Part shown: piece after piece, positions 51,353 to 64,000 of the stretch
How the letters are laid out: each line of letters starts with the position of its first letter
Numbering within the stretch: position 1 is the first letter of the stretch
Source of the DNA: Eledone cirrhosa
Lineage: Eukaryota
Direction of reading: 5' to 3'
Length of the DNA stretch: 64,000 nt
Assembly: GCA_964016885.1 (NCBI GenBank)
Contig: OZ024744.1
Coordinates: forward strand, 111,724,001 to 111,788,000
Notes under the pieces: generated by a model
What the model was told of the DNA's origin: nothing
What the model saw: the letters and a program-made list of their open reading frames with translations, nothing else
Databases searched by the model: none
Made by a program: the position numbers and the translations under genes

Positions 51353-53105
51353 TCATTATAATACAAGATGGACTGTAATCTGTAATTTAAAGGTCCAGCT
51401 TTGTCATACTGATGTGGCACATGTGACGTACTGTGGCACATGTGAATGCTGTGACACATGACTTACTGTGGCACATGTGAATGCTGTGACACATGTGACT
51501 GCTGTAACACATGTGACAGCCCATACCATAACATCTAGTTTAAAAATACAGGATCACTAAAAAGATGGCATTGCACACATTTTGTGTTACTGTATATTAA
51601 TTTTCTAACCAATCAACCTTAAATTTCAGGACAGATACGTCTAAGAAGACCCTAATGGGAGCTCCAGCATTGGACCTTTACAACTGTGGCTTGTACCAGC
51701 AAGTCCAGAAGAAATTTCATACATCTTTTTGGAACAGACAAATCTCCCTTCAAAGTCAATATACAAGACTGGGTTAAGAACTTTGAAACTTATGGGACAG
51801 TGGAGAACCTCAATACAATGCCCAAGGACCATCCTACCCACTCTGGACGACCAAAGAATTGTACATATGAAGTCATTGTCATACAGGAGGAGCCAATGCT
51901 TGAGTCTCTCCAGAGAAACTTGCAGAACGGTTGTCAAAGAGGATCTTAAGAAGTATCCTGGCAGAATATGGACGAAGCTCTAGTTGATAAGACCAAGAGA
52001 AAGGTGATGGCTCAAAAAATGCTGGAGATGAAAAACAACCCAAATTTTCCGAATCTGCTGTGACCTCCAATAAAGCTCACTTTTACTTAGAGGGGAAGAT
52101 CAAAGAACAATGTGTTCTGGGGGTCAGAGAAACCAACTGAAGTGACTGTGAAACTTCTCCATTCGGCTAGATGTACCATCTGGGCTGCCATTTCTGAGAG
52201 AAAATAGTGTAACTGCTACAGTCACAAAGGAATACTATGTGGAGGTTGTAGAAGACTTCAAAAAGGAGCTACAGACCAATCTCCTTATAATATATAACCA
52301 GCAATTTCTCTGTCTGTCTGTCCGATGCGTAGAGAGAGAGTGAGAGTGAAAGAAAGAGACAGACTACAAGAGGGGGATAGCGGGAGGGAGAGAGAGAGAC
52401 GCTGGAAGAGGGGAAGGAAAGCTATATGTCTTGCTGTCTGCATTACGATACATATATATATATACACACACTGATCGCATCATGACGTAATGCAGACAGC
52501 CAGACATACAGACAGATATTATAAGGGCGCAACGTTATATCTATGTATCTATCTAAAAAGAAAGACTAAGAATTGTATAGAGAGAACGCTAAATCGCTTA
52601 ATGCGGTCCCTAGGGCATTGAAAATTTGAAATAATTTTTGCTCAAAACACTCACAGGACCATAAGTATTACATGTCTAAAGTTTGAAAACAATCGGTTGG
52701 ATGGCTCTCAAGTTTTAGTGAGCTGACAGACAGACAGACATTCTCTGTTTTAGATATATAGACTAGCAAAAAACTGCATACCGGGTGGTTTTCTGCTAGT
52801 CTATATATCTAAAACAGAGAATGTCTGTCTGTCTGACTCCCTAAAACTCGAGAACCACCCAACTGATTGTTTTTAAACTTTACACATGTAATACCTATGG
52901 TCCTGTGAGTGTTTTGAGCAAAAACAATTTCAAATTTTCAATGCCCTACGTGATTTAGCGATCTCTCTCTATAATTCTTAGTCTTTCTTTTTAGATAGAT
53001 ACATAGATATAACATTGTGCCCTTATAATATCTGTCTGTATGTCTGGCTGTCTGCATTATGACGCTATATGTGTGTGTGTATATATGTATATATAGTGTG
53101 TGTGT

Positions 53106-53557
53106 CATCATCATCATCATCATCATCATCGTTTAACGTCCATCTTCCACGCTTGCATGGGTTTGGACGGGAATTTTCCCACTTGAGGCAAGATTGGTCG
53201 TCTCGCTCGTATAGGACTGTCTGGCGGATTTTCTATGGCTGGATGCCCTTCCTAACACCAACCACGTTTACTGTGTGGACTGGGAGGTTTTTACCGTGTT
53301 ACCTACACGGCCACATTACAGCGTGGTCTGTGTGTTTTTTTGTCGTGACACCTACACTACCTCATTTGTTTCGGACTGGATGTTGTGGTAACAACATAAC
53401 TTTACATTGAAAGGGGTGGTGTGGATGGGGTGGGGGTAGTGGGACGGGGGTGTATTTTTGTTAGAGGTGCCTACTGACTGTAGTAGGTTTCACTTTGTAC
53501 TTAGGTAAGGCGGGTCTTCTGTATTACTGTGTAGCGCCAAAGATCTCGGTCCAGTGA
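53106..53557 (-). mobile_element. RTE 3' end inside the Helitron
   Basis: Matches 9851-10275. Confidence 0.88.
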
Positions 53558-53612
53558 TATATATATATATATATAGTGTGTAACGTTTTTCGAAATATTT
53601 ACTTCTGCGTTC

Positions 53613-53689
53613 ACAGATTGATTTTTTTTAGTTTCAGAAGATCCCATTAAGGGTGAAAGCAGCGATTCTTTGCTTAAACTTTAATCTGT
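53613..53689 (+). ncRNA. Hammerhead-like motif, family A
   Basis: Intact stems; loop II AUUAA; inverted tail copy at about 53783-53833. Confidence 0.68.
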
Positions 53690-54916
53690 TATTTTAATAT
53701 ATATATATATAATTATATATTCATGTACAGATATTCTTGCATATACAATAACAAAATATAAACAAACGTATTTATTTCACGAGGCTCGATAAGGATAAAT
53801 ACATATCAAATATATAAGAACCCTAGAGCAAATCCCGAGCAACGCCGGGCCATTCTGCTAGTCTCTATCTAACAAATAAGTTCTTGTTCCAGTAAGACGG
53901 AGCAAGCCCACACACCACCAATGAGTCACGAGAATGGCTGAAAAATAACTTTGAAAATTCTATGATCAGTTTGTAGACTTATTTTGAGTGGAGCCGATAC
54001 AGCCATAACTTAACCACCCTTCCACCCCAGCTATTAGAAGGATAGAGCGTGTCAACAAACGAAAGACCATCAGTGAACTAAAGGAAAAACACCAGGGAAG
54101 AGATCAGAGGCATCACTAGATCTGTTTGTAAAAATGTTATGCTAAATTTCACCATGTGCCTCAAAAATGAATGAAATCAAATGGAAATCACTTGAAAGAT
54201 GTGTTGTAACTCTAGCGAGAAACATCAAAAGATGGGAACATTTTCATATGTTGTTTATTAATTCAATTTTTGTAAAAAAAAATAAAAATTTAAAAAAAAA
54301 AATGAATATAGACGAAAATAAAAATGGGGCCATTTTTTTTAGTCAACTGTTCAGTTTCTAATTCTGATTGTTGGGGTCCAACAAATCACCAGCAAACACC
54401 CTCCTTCCACACACACACACACACACACACACACCAATGCCACACCTTCTGTCTCTCACTTCCTGATACCCTTCTTCTGACTCACTTCCTTCCTTCCTTA
54501 CTACCTTCCATACTAAACTAGAAACACTGTGGGTGGTGCATCAAAATGGAGGCAGGCAGCTATTTCCTACACCCCCACACCCACCCCCCTCCCCTCCCCC
54601 CACCACACACACCCAGAAACAGAATAACTAAACACACCAATAACCCCCCCCCCTCCGCACCAATTTCACCACCACCACCACTAACAACATTACTGAAATC
54701 TTCATCAATACCACCATCAACAACATCACTCCCACCACCACTACCTCCATCACTCCCACAGCCATCACCATCACCACTACCACTCCACCACCACCACCAC
54801 CACCACCACTATTACCACCATCACCCCCCCCCTTTCTAAGTATGAAGTCATGTGATGTGTGCTATATCTATTTTCACTACAAGACAGTTGGGTTCATGTT
54901 CATATGTTGTATGTAA

Positions 54917-56852
54917 GATTGGTGGGGTGTGAGTGATTGGTGGGGTGTGTGAGTGATTGGTGGAGTGTGTGTGTGATTGGTGTAGTGTGTGTGATTGGTG
55001 GGGTGTGTGAGTGATTGGTGGAGTGTGTGAGTGATTGGTGGAGTGTGTGAGTGATTGGTGGAGTGTGTGAGTGATTGGTGGAGTGTGTGTGTGATTGGTG
55101 GGGTGTGTGAGTGATTGGTGGAGTGTGTGAGTGATTGGTGGGGTGTGTGTGTGATTGGTGGGGTGTGTGAGTGATTGGTGGAGTGTGTGAGTGATTGGTG
55201 GGGTGTGTGAGTGATTGGTGGAGTGTGTGAGTGATTGGTGGGGTGTGTGTGTGATTGGTGGGGTGTGTGAGTGATTGGTGGAGTGTGTGAGTGATTGGTG
55301 GTGTGTGTGTGTGATTGGTGGTGTGTGTGTGTGATTGGTGGTGTGTGTGTGATCGGTGGAGTGTGTGTGATTGGTGGAGTGTGTGTGTGATTGGTGGAGT
55401 GTGTGTGATTGGTGGAGTGTGTGTGATTGGTGGAGTGTGTGTGATTGGTGGTGTGTGTGTGTGTGTGATCGGTGGAGTGTGTGTGATTGGTGGAGTGTGA
55501 GTGATTGGTGGAGTGTGTGTGTGATCGGTGGAGTGTGTGTGATTGGTGGAGTGTGAGTGATTGGTGGAGTGTGTGTGATTGGTGGAGTGTGTGTGATTGG
55601 TGGAGTGTGTGTGTGATCGGTGGAGTGTGTGTGATTGGTGGAGTGTGTGTGATTGGTGGAGTGTGTGTGATTGGTGGAGTGTGTGTGTGATCGGTGGAGT
55701 GTGTGTGATTGGTGGAGTGTGTGTGTGATCGGTGGAGTGTGTGTGATTGGTGGAGTGTGTGTGTGATTGGTGGAGTGTGTGATTGGTGGAGTGTGTGTGA
55801 TTGGTGGAGTGTGAGTGTGATTGGTGGAGTGTGAGTGTGATTGGTGGAGTGTGAGAGTGATTGGTGGAGTGTGAGTGATTGGTGGGGTGTGTGTGATTGG
55901 TGGAGTGTGTGTGATTGGTGGAGTGTGTGTGTGATTGGTGGAGTGTGTGTGTGATTGGTGGAGTGTGTGAGTGATTGGTGGAGTGTGTGAGTGATTGGTG
56001 GAGTGTGTGAGTGATTGGTGGAGTGTGTGAGTGATTGGTGGAGTGTGTGAGTGATTGGTGGAGTGTGTGAGTGTGTGATTGGTGGAGTGTGTGTGTGATT
56101 GGTGGAGTGTGTGAGTGATTGGTGGAGTGTGTGAGTGATTGGTGGAGTGTGTGTGTGATTGGTGGGGTGTGTGTGTGATTGGTGGAGTGTGTGAGTGATT
56201 GATGGAGTGTGTGTGTGATTGGAGTGTGTGAGTGATTGGTGGAGTGTGTGAGTGATTGGTGGAGTGTGTGTCTGATTGGTGGAGTGTGTGTGTGATTGGT
56301 GGAGTGTGTGTGTGATTGGTGGAGTGTGTGAGTGATTGGTGGAGTGTGTGTGTGATTGGTGGAGTGTGTGAGTGATTGGTGGAGTGTGTGAGTGTGTGAT
56401 TGGTGGAGTGTGTGAGTGTGTGATTGGTGGAGTGTGTGAGTGTGATTGGTGGAGTGTGTGAGTGATTGGTGGAGTGTGTGAGTGATTGGTGGAGTGTGTG
56501 AGTGTGTGATTGGTGGAGTGTGTGAGTGTGTGATTGGTGGAGTGTGTGAGTGTGTGATTGGTGGAGTGTGTGAGTGTGTGATTGGTGGAGTGTGTGAGTG
56601 TGATTGGTGGAGTGTGTGAGTGATTGGTGGAGTGTGTGAGTGATTGGTGGAGTGTGTGAGTGATTGGTGGAGTGTGTGAGTGATTGGTGGAGTGTGTGTG
56701 TGATTGGTGGAGTGTGTGAGTGATTGGTGGAGTGTGTGAGTGTGTGATTGGTGGAGTGTGTGAGTGTGTGATTGGTGGAGTGTGTGAGTGTGATTGGTGG
56801 AGTGTGTGAGTGATTGGTGGAGTGTGTGAGTGATTGGTGGAGTGCGTGTGAT
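54917..56852. repeat. About 20-bp minisatellite (16-26 bp), about 95 units
   Basis: GATTGGTGGAGTGTGTGAGT. Confidence 0.97.
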
Positions 56853-57980
56853 CGAACATGGCCATTTTCCTGACGGAATCAGAGTATTGTCCTCTTTTCT
56901 ACTTATCAACACCTTTGTCTTAGCTAGGTTCACTCTCAGTCCTCTTGCTCCCAACTGCTGTTTCCATAGCCAGAATTTATTCTCTAGCTCCTCTACTGAT
57001 TCTGCTATAAGAGCCAGATCATCAGCATACAGAAGTTCCCATGGACAGCCAGTCTTAAACTCCTCTGTTATGGCTTGGAGAACTATAATGAACAAGAGCG
57101 GGCTGAGGACCAAACACTGATGTACTTCTACTTGTATCTGGAATTCCTCACTAAACTCCATTCCTACTCTCACTTTACTGACAGCACCTCTGTACATAGC
57201 TTGCACTGTCCTCACAAACCATTCCTCTACATCTAGTTTCCTTAGGGAGCACCAGATGACAGATCGAGATACCCTATCACAGGCCTTCTCTAGGTCAACA
57301 AAAGCTATGTATGGTGGCTTATTCTTTTCTAAGAACCTCTCTTGTAGTTGTCTCACTAAGAAGAAGGCATCTGTTGCACAACACCAAATTGCATCTCATC
57401 TAATTTAACCCTTTCTCTAATTAGTTGCGCTAATATGCTTTCTGCCACTTTTATAACCTGTTCCATCAGTTTTATGCCCCTATAATTGCTGCTCTCCAGA
57501 GCATCCCCTTTACCTTTGAGGCAATTTATGAGAATACTGCTGCACCAGTCTTTGGGTATGACACCACCATATATAGCCTGATTGATGATGCGTGCAACCA
57601 GTTAAGTACCTACTTCTCCTGATGCCTTCAGCATCTCAGCAACTGTCCCCCGACGGTGGAGCAGCCTTACCATTTTTCATTTCCTTAATTGCCTCTTGTA
57701 CCCTATATTCGTCAAGCTCAATAGCTGGTCCCTCTGTTGCATCTACTGAGGGTAATTTCTCTCTCTCCCATTCGTTCTCCACATTCATCAGCTTCTCATA
57801 ATGACATTTCCAGGCCTCCTTTTTCTGATCATTCGTGACACTAAGTACACCGGCATCATTTCGGACACATTTATCTCCAACAACATCCTGATTTGCATTG
57901 ACACACTGCCTTGCAATGTGGAACACCGCACGCCTCTGATCTTCCCGTCGCAGAACATTGGCAAACCTCCTACTCTCAGC
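56850..57980 (-). mobile_element. RTE RT fragment
   Basis: RQLQE..DLEKA..LSPLLF..YADD..GLRVNLAKTK..KWPCS; paralog of 45020-45860. Confidence 0.92.
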
Positions 57981-57981
57981 A

Positions 57982-58200
57982 GTGTGACTGTAGCTAGATG
58001 CGACTGTAGGTAGGTGCGACTGTAGGTAGGTGCGACTGTAGGTAGGTGTGACTGTAGCTAGGTGACTAGCTAGGTGTAACTGCAGCTACGTGTGATTGTA
58101 ACTACGTGTGACTGCAGCTAGGTGTGACTGTAGGTAGGTGTGACTGCAGCTAAGTGTAACTGTAGGTACGTGTGACTGTAGCTAGGTGTGTGACTGTAGA
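57982..58200. repeat. 16-bp minisatellite
   Basis: (GTGTGACTGTAGCTAG)n. Confidence 0.85.
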
Positions 58201-58727
58201 ACTGCCACCACTACCACTCCTACCATTACTACTACTACTACTACCACCACCACAACTACCACCACCACCACCACTACTCAGTTCAAATCTAGCAGAGGTC
58301 ACTTTTCTATCCATCCATTCGAGGTCAAGTACTGGGGGTCAATTCTTCTTCTATGTCTCTTTTTCACTTCCTCCCTCTCACTTTCTATCCTTCTCTGGAA
58401 GAAAGCTGTTGTAATCAGACCTGCCAGGGTTTTAAAATGGCCTAAGAAATGCTGTATCTCAATACAGCGTCCCTAGACTCCTCAGGTGTTATAGGTCCAT
58501 ACGATTATCAACATACCACTCTACTATACAACCACTGATTTCTAATTTGTTTTGCCATAATTCTTTACACCCCCAAGGGGATATTTCCCCAAATATAAAG
58601 GACTGATCAGATATTTTCAAGGTGACATGGAAATATATTTCTACATTATGGTAGAGTATTTAGTTCTATGTGTCACCATAGTAAGGATACACAGATTGTT
58701 TTCTAATTATTTAGACCATTTGACAAA

Positions 58728-61700
58728 TAGTCAAGTTCATAATGTAACGATTGGTACTTTCGTTCAGATTTCTTGGAGATTAGCAAAACTATACATTTTC
58801 GAAAACTTTAGGACATACTGAATCCAAAAACCAATGTTGCCATTTTTTTCAAGGTGTCTGTGGTGGCCATCTTGGAATTTCAACATGGTGACTACCGATA
58901 ACCTTTTTCAACAGTATCTCAAATTCTAACCAACTGGGCTTCTAATTTTAGTGGCTAATTTAACATAATAACAATAATAATAATGATAAAAATAATAATA
59001 ATAATAATAATCAAATGCCATGTAATTACTTCATTTGTGTTTATAATTTTTCAGACCAATGAACAACGTGGCCACAACAACGTTACCATGACTTGGTAGA
59101 CAGCAACAAGAGACAATTGACTGAAAACGGTGTATTTTGTACCCTATAAGATGCAGGCCAGTTTGTGTTACAACCAAAATTATATTCATACCATAGTTTG
59201 TTAGCTGCAGTGAAGGAGCGAGCATTACTGCATGATGGTGAATTTGTCAAAATTCAAAAGAGGCTAGAAGACTGCACAACAGAAACTTTGCAGAGAAATA
59301 AGGCTTTTTGGCATCGCACGTGCTACTCCAACGCCACCAGTAACGTCAAAATGCAACGTGCAAGAGACCGTCACCAACGGTCTTTGTCTACTGGATCACA
59401 TATCCACAGAAAGCGAGGACGCCCTTCAAGCTTTGACAGGAGTGAGCCATCAACCTCTGCCGCAATCTTAGTGCCGTTTACACGGTCAGCAACAAACCCA
59501 CTGGAAAATGATTTGTGCTTTTTTTGTCAAACGTTTGGTGACCAACAGTTGTTTGCAGTAAGAACTGCCAATGCGGGCCAAGCTCTAAAAAAAGCTGCGG
59601 AAATATCTCCTAATCCAGAACTAAAAACAAGAATGGCATCTTGTATCTCTGAAGGGGATGCCCACGCTGTTGATATCAAATATCATAAACAGTGTTGGAC
59701 AAGAAATGTGTTCCATGTTCTGAGAGATAACGCTATCGCAAACAAAGCAAACAAAGAGAGTGGGTGTCAACAGCAAACAGCTAGTTTCATTGAATTAGTG
59801 AACATTATCGACGTCCAAACTACAGATGGCGCATATCTTTCCATGGCTGACATCGAGAATACCTATTTGAACATGCTAGGTGGAGCAGAGGCTTTGCCAA
59901 ATCACAGACCTGTCTATACCAGACAATGGCTGAAGGACAAAATATTAACAGAATTACCAGGTGTAAGGTCTGTTCTGCAAAGCAATAGGCGAAAGTCAGC
60001 TGTGTTGTATTTCCCTGAAGCCTGTGAGGTTAAAATGGTTCACTCTACCATCACTTCTGATGAATCGGACAACATGAAGAATCTCTATAGGTCAGCACAG
60101 CTTGTTCGCCACAGCATTGAAAATTTTACCAAAAGACAACCGCCACAAAGTTCAATCCCAGTTTCCAGCAAAATAGAAGATGTGCCAGTGGAACTCTATG
60201 CACTTATTCGCTGGATCACGGCAGGGCCTGCAAATGAACTGGAGACTGAAGTTCGAACACATGCTGTGGACAGAGCTGCCCTTACAATGAGTCAAAATCT
60301 GATGTTTGGATTCAAGTCTAAGAGACAAGTCACATACAAGCCCAAAACTGAGCATGCTGGCTTTCGGTCGCAGCACGTTAGAGAAAATCCCCACGTTGTG
60401 GGATTGGCGCTGAGCATCCATCAAAAGACAAGAAATAAGATGCTCGTTAATCTCCTCAACGCCCAAGATTACTGTGTTTCATACAGTAATCTAATGGTGG
60501 AAACAGCCGTTGCCAATGCTGTAGTGGAGAACACCAAACAGTTCCAAGGGCTGTATGTGCCACCATTCCTCAAGAAAGGCACTTTTGTCTTCTTCGCATT
60601 GTAGACAATGCGGATTTCACTGAGGACACTTCAGATGGTAAAAGTACCACCCATGGCACTACCACTACCGTATACCAGAAAGCTGATGCCCCTGGAGAAC
60701 CAATTGCATCACCCCTAAATATCACTGATGCACAGAGTCTCTCTGTGACCCCATATCATACAGCTATAGTTCCTTGTGAGAAGTCAAAGCAGAAGATACC
60801 ATCCGAGAAGAGGATGATTCAGTTTGCCATTGACAAAGAAGGTGTGGATAGTACCTACCAGCTCACACATCTGGGATGGGTCGTTGCCTACGCTGTTTCC
60901 CGAATGAACGATGGAGACTCAAGTCGAATTCCAGGCTGGGCAGGCTATAACTCACTTTTGTCGACAAGCCTACCCTTAACTGAGCTTGGAGCTCTACCTT
61001 TGCTCTCAGAAGTCGCGCATGAATGGCCAGCATTGCTAACCGTTATGATGCAAGCAAACAAATTAAAAGAGCTGGCAGTTGCTGACAAGTACCCCACTGT
61101 CATTTCCTTCGACACGGCACTCTACGAGAAAGCAGTACAGTTGGTTGATGCTAGACCGGATTTGAAGGGCAAAGTGCAGCCAAGACTTGGTGAGTTTCAC
61201 GTTGTCATGGCTGTGTTGAGAGCTCTCGACTCTTCAATTGAAAACTCGGGAATAGACGATGCCTGGATGGAAGCCGATCTGTATAGTTCTGCTACAACCA
61301 TGATTGTTGGGATGCCACATGATAAAATCAGTCATTGACTGATTTTATCGTGAAATGGACAAAAGCAAAGTATCCACAAATTAATTGTTTTATGTATTAA
61401 AATAAAGTGTACGTGAAGACAAATTTATTTTTATTATGTTTGACTCGTGCTTCGATATCCTGATTATGAGTGGATCTAGAGAAGAAATATCATATTTGCA
61501 TGTGGTGTTTGCAGTTTTGTCATTAAAATTGGTATTTTTATTTAAAAAATCTTTCTTCATGTTAAACGTAAGTGATTGTAGTCAATTTCTCTAGACTTTT
61601 GGCCCCTTAAAATGTAAGTTTAGCCACTGAAAGTAAAAGGCTACATGGCTTGGAAGTGGATATATTGGTAAATTTAGATTTCAAATGGTCGCCATTTTGA

Positions 61701-61813
61701 AACCCTAAGACGGCAATGTTCGGAACCTTAAAAAATGGCAACATTGATTTTTGTGTTCAATACATCCTAACGTTTCCAAAAATTTGAACGAAAATACACA
61801 AGGAACTGGACTA
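58728..61813 (+). mobile_element. Academ-like DNA transposon, internally deleted
   Basis: TAG...CTA termini, about 200-240-bp imperfect TIRs, 3-bp TSD AAA, transposase-like ORFs. Confidence 0.75.
59165..61338 (+). pseudogene. Academ-like transposase, frameshifted near 60600 and 3'-truncated
   Basis: WHRTCY, CFFC, KYHKQC; DNADFTEDTSDGKSTTHGT, ISFD.ALYEKA, RLGEFH, SGIDD. Confidence 0.7.
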
Positions 61814-62859
61814 AAAGGGATATATATTTCTCAAAATGTCCAGAACCTATGAAATATTTCCAATGTAACATTATTGAGTTTCAAGGTGGTTTTTGAAAGT
61901 ATTGTGACAATATAGTAATGTTCGTTAATTGGAAGGCCAGACGATGTGTAACAAACAATTAGTGTTATTGAAACATGTTCCAGCCTAGATTGGCCATCTT
62001 TTATTCATGTATAGAATATCTAGAAATATATTATTTAATCTGTGCCTATAGTAGAAATCATTATTATTATTATAATTTTAAATGATTGAAGGGTGTGATT
62101 TGAGGGAGATTTGACTGTTATCTCCAGCAGATCAAACAACCATCTTGATGTTTGCTGGCTGGCTTGTTTATTTAGGTCAGTGAATGAGAGTTGATTAAAT
62201 TACACCGCCCCACCCAATTTTTGGCATTGCGCCTATTGTTAGAAATTATTGTTGTTGTTATTTACTAATGATCCATAGAATTGGTAAACAAGGTGACTAA
62301 ATACCATGTGATACTGAGTTCATATCACACCTATGCCAACTTTGTCTCACATTCTTCAGATGTCGATAAGATTGAGTATCAGTAACATTGTCAATTTAAT
62401 TTACTGCATCCCTCCCTTTACTCCCCCCCCCCCAAAAAAAAAATATGCGACTCTATGCCTATGTTAGAAAAGATCACAATCGCTAGAGTGGTAGGCAACA
62501 TGCCTTGCAGTATTCAGTTCTGGCTCTCTATGATCGGAATTCAAATACCACCCACCACAGTCAATTTTGTCTTTCTTCCTTCCAAAGGGCGATAAAAGAT
62601 CAATATTAAGATCAATATAGTCAACAGCTTCTCCTCCAAAATTGTTGACATTGTGTCTAAGTTAAGAACCATGAGTGAGGGGTTGGTAGATTGGTAGAAC
62701 CATTAGTGTGTTGAACAAAAAACTACAGCATTCTACTGGCTCTTTACTTCCTAACTTCAACCTTGACCTTCCTAAGGTCGATAAAATGAAGTAGCAGTGA
62801 AGAATTGGGGTCAATATAATCGACAGTTGTAAACTTCACTCCATGACTGTCATTATTAA

Positions 62860-63160
62860 AGGTGGTTGACTTTGCCTTTCATCCTTACGGGGTCGATAAA
62901 ATAAAGTACCAGTAATGCACTGATTAATTGCTGGCCTTGTGCCTAAAGTAGAAACAATTATTGAAGGCGGTGGATTGGCAGAACCGGTAGAGAGTCGTAC
63001 GCCATGTTTTGCAGCATAGAGTTACGGCCCTTTATGATCTGAGTTCAAATCCCGCCGAGGTTGACTTTGCCTTTCATCCTTACGGGGGTCGATAAAATAA
63101 AGTACCAGTAATGCACTGGGATTAATTGCTGGCCTTGTGCCTATATAAGAAACCATTATT
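62860..63160 (+). mobile_element. Two tandem Nin/Deu SINEs, with older degenerate copies at 62050-62830
   Basis: Same diagnostic domain as the other copies. Confidence 0.85.
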
Positions 63161-63415
63161 AATGGTTTAAAGTGCCTAGCCAGTGTCTAGGTCATATGGG
63201 CTTCGACATAGCAGCCAATGGCAACTTATTATGGGTCTTCACGTTATTTTATAGCATCTCTGTACATGACCAGAACATTCTTTATATTAAATACCATTAA
63301 ATAAAGAAACTATCATTACTAGTAATAACCTTTTGCTACGTCGCTGGAAAATTACTCACACAAACAGATAAATAACTATATGCATTATATATGTGTGTGT
63401 GTGTGTGTGTGTGAT

Positions 63416-63763
63416 TCATCATCATCATCATCATTTCATTTTACGTCCGCTTTTTCCCTGCTTGAAAAGGTTGGGACGGGAACTGATTCTGGCTTGATTT
63501 CTACAGCTGGATGCCCTTCCTAACACCAACCTCATCTACAGTGAGTGCTGGGTGCTTTTTTGCCGTGGCACCTCCACGACCACTTTAGAGTGGAATGATA
63601 TGGACCCCAGTCCCTATCATCTCATTTCTACAGCTGAGTAAACTGGAGCAATGTGAAATAAAGTGTCTTGCTCAAGGAAACAACACATCACCCGGTCTGA
63701 GAATTGAACTCACAACCTTTCGATTGCAAGGCCAATGCTCTAACCACTAAGCCATGTGCCTCC
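63416..63763 (-). mobile_element. CORE-type SINE
   Basis: Reverse complement of 13401-13745. Confidence 0.88.
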
Positions 63764-64000
63764 ACAGTGTGTGTCACAGACAAATGTAAGTCTTTGTAAA
63801 CTTCAGAGAAAATGTTTCTTAATGAAAGATTTGAGGAAAGGACTATAAAAGCTATGAGAGGAAAAGGAGACGAAAAGCAAGTACTCTGGGGCCACAGAAG
63901 AAAAGTGGGGGGAGGGGGAGGTGGGGTGATGGGCTCTGGACCTAAGGTACAGCTTGTTGGGGCTGCTGCACACCACCAACAAAATTGCAAAACATTTCTG

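Larger units (their letters stand above)
52280..53861 (+). mobile_element. Composite Helitron insertion
   Basis: A|TC start, hairpin CCCGAGCAACGCCGGG and CTAG|T end; removing it restores the transposase frame QTN-LYLTNKFLFQ*DGA. Confidence 0.8.
51549..54349 (+). mobile_element. Decayed Tc1/mariner element (probably rosa/DD41D-like) split by a Helitron
   Basis: TA|CAGGATCACTAAAAAGATGGC versus GCCATTTTTTTTAGTCAACTG; HTH WVKNFETYGTV..SGRP; AHFYLEG; WGSEKP..LHSARCTIWAAIS; after the insert FQ*DGASPHT..W. Confidence 0.8.

Noticed and set aside
60595-60610. Stop-codon readthrough in the Academ-like ORF
   Set aside because: The downstream DNADF motif is in a different frame, so this is a frameshift.

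Overview
Repeat-dominated animal genomic DNA. The SINE and LINE repertoire (CORE-type and Nin/Deu-type tRNA SINEs, RTE LINEs with (GAT)n tails) suggests an octopus or other coleoid cephalopod; this is an inference. There is no intact protein-coding gene. The window is a nested mosaic of decayed RTE, CR1 and Tx1-like LINEs, SINEs, Penelope-like element (PLE) remnants, Helitrons, Tc1/mariner, hAT (Buster/Charlie), piggyBac-like MITEs, an Academ-like transposon, and several mini- and satellite arrays. It may also hold a few exons of a minus-strand host gene. The main hidden signal is a set of about 10 type I hammerhead ribozyme folds from at least five PLE-like families, read by eye. One non-coding family has a full-size fold with an atypical CAGAAGA core (U4A) and a compensatory change in stem I; another has the covarying U3:A8 core. 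Other notable items: a composite Helitron with two inverted CTAG|TC head-to-tail junctions, a satellite built from a transposon TIR, and a perfect 40-bp UUCG hairpin. Folds and family calls are manual and unverified, and coordinates of decayed repeats are approximate.
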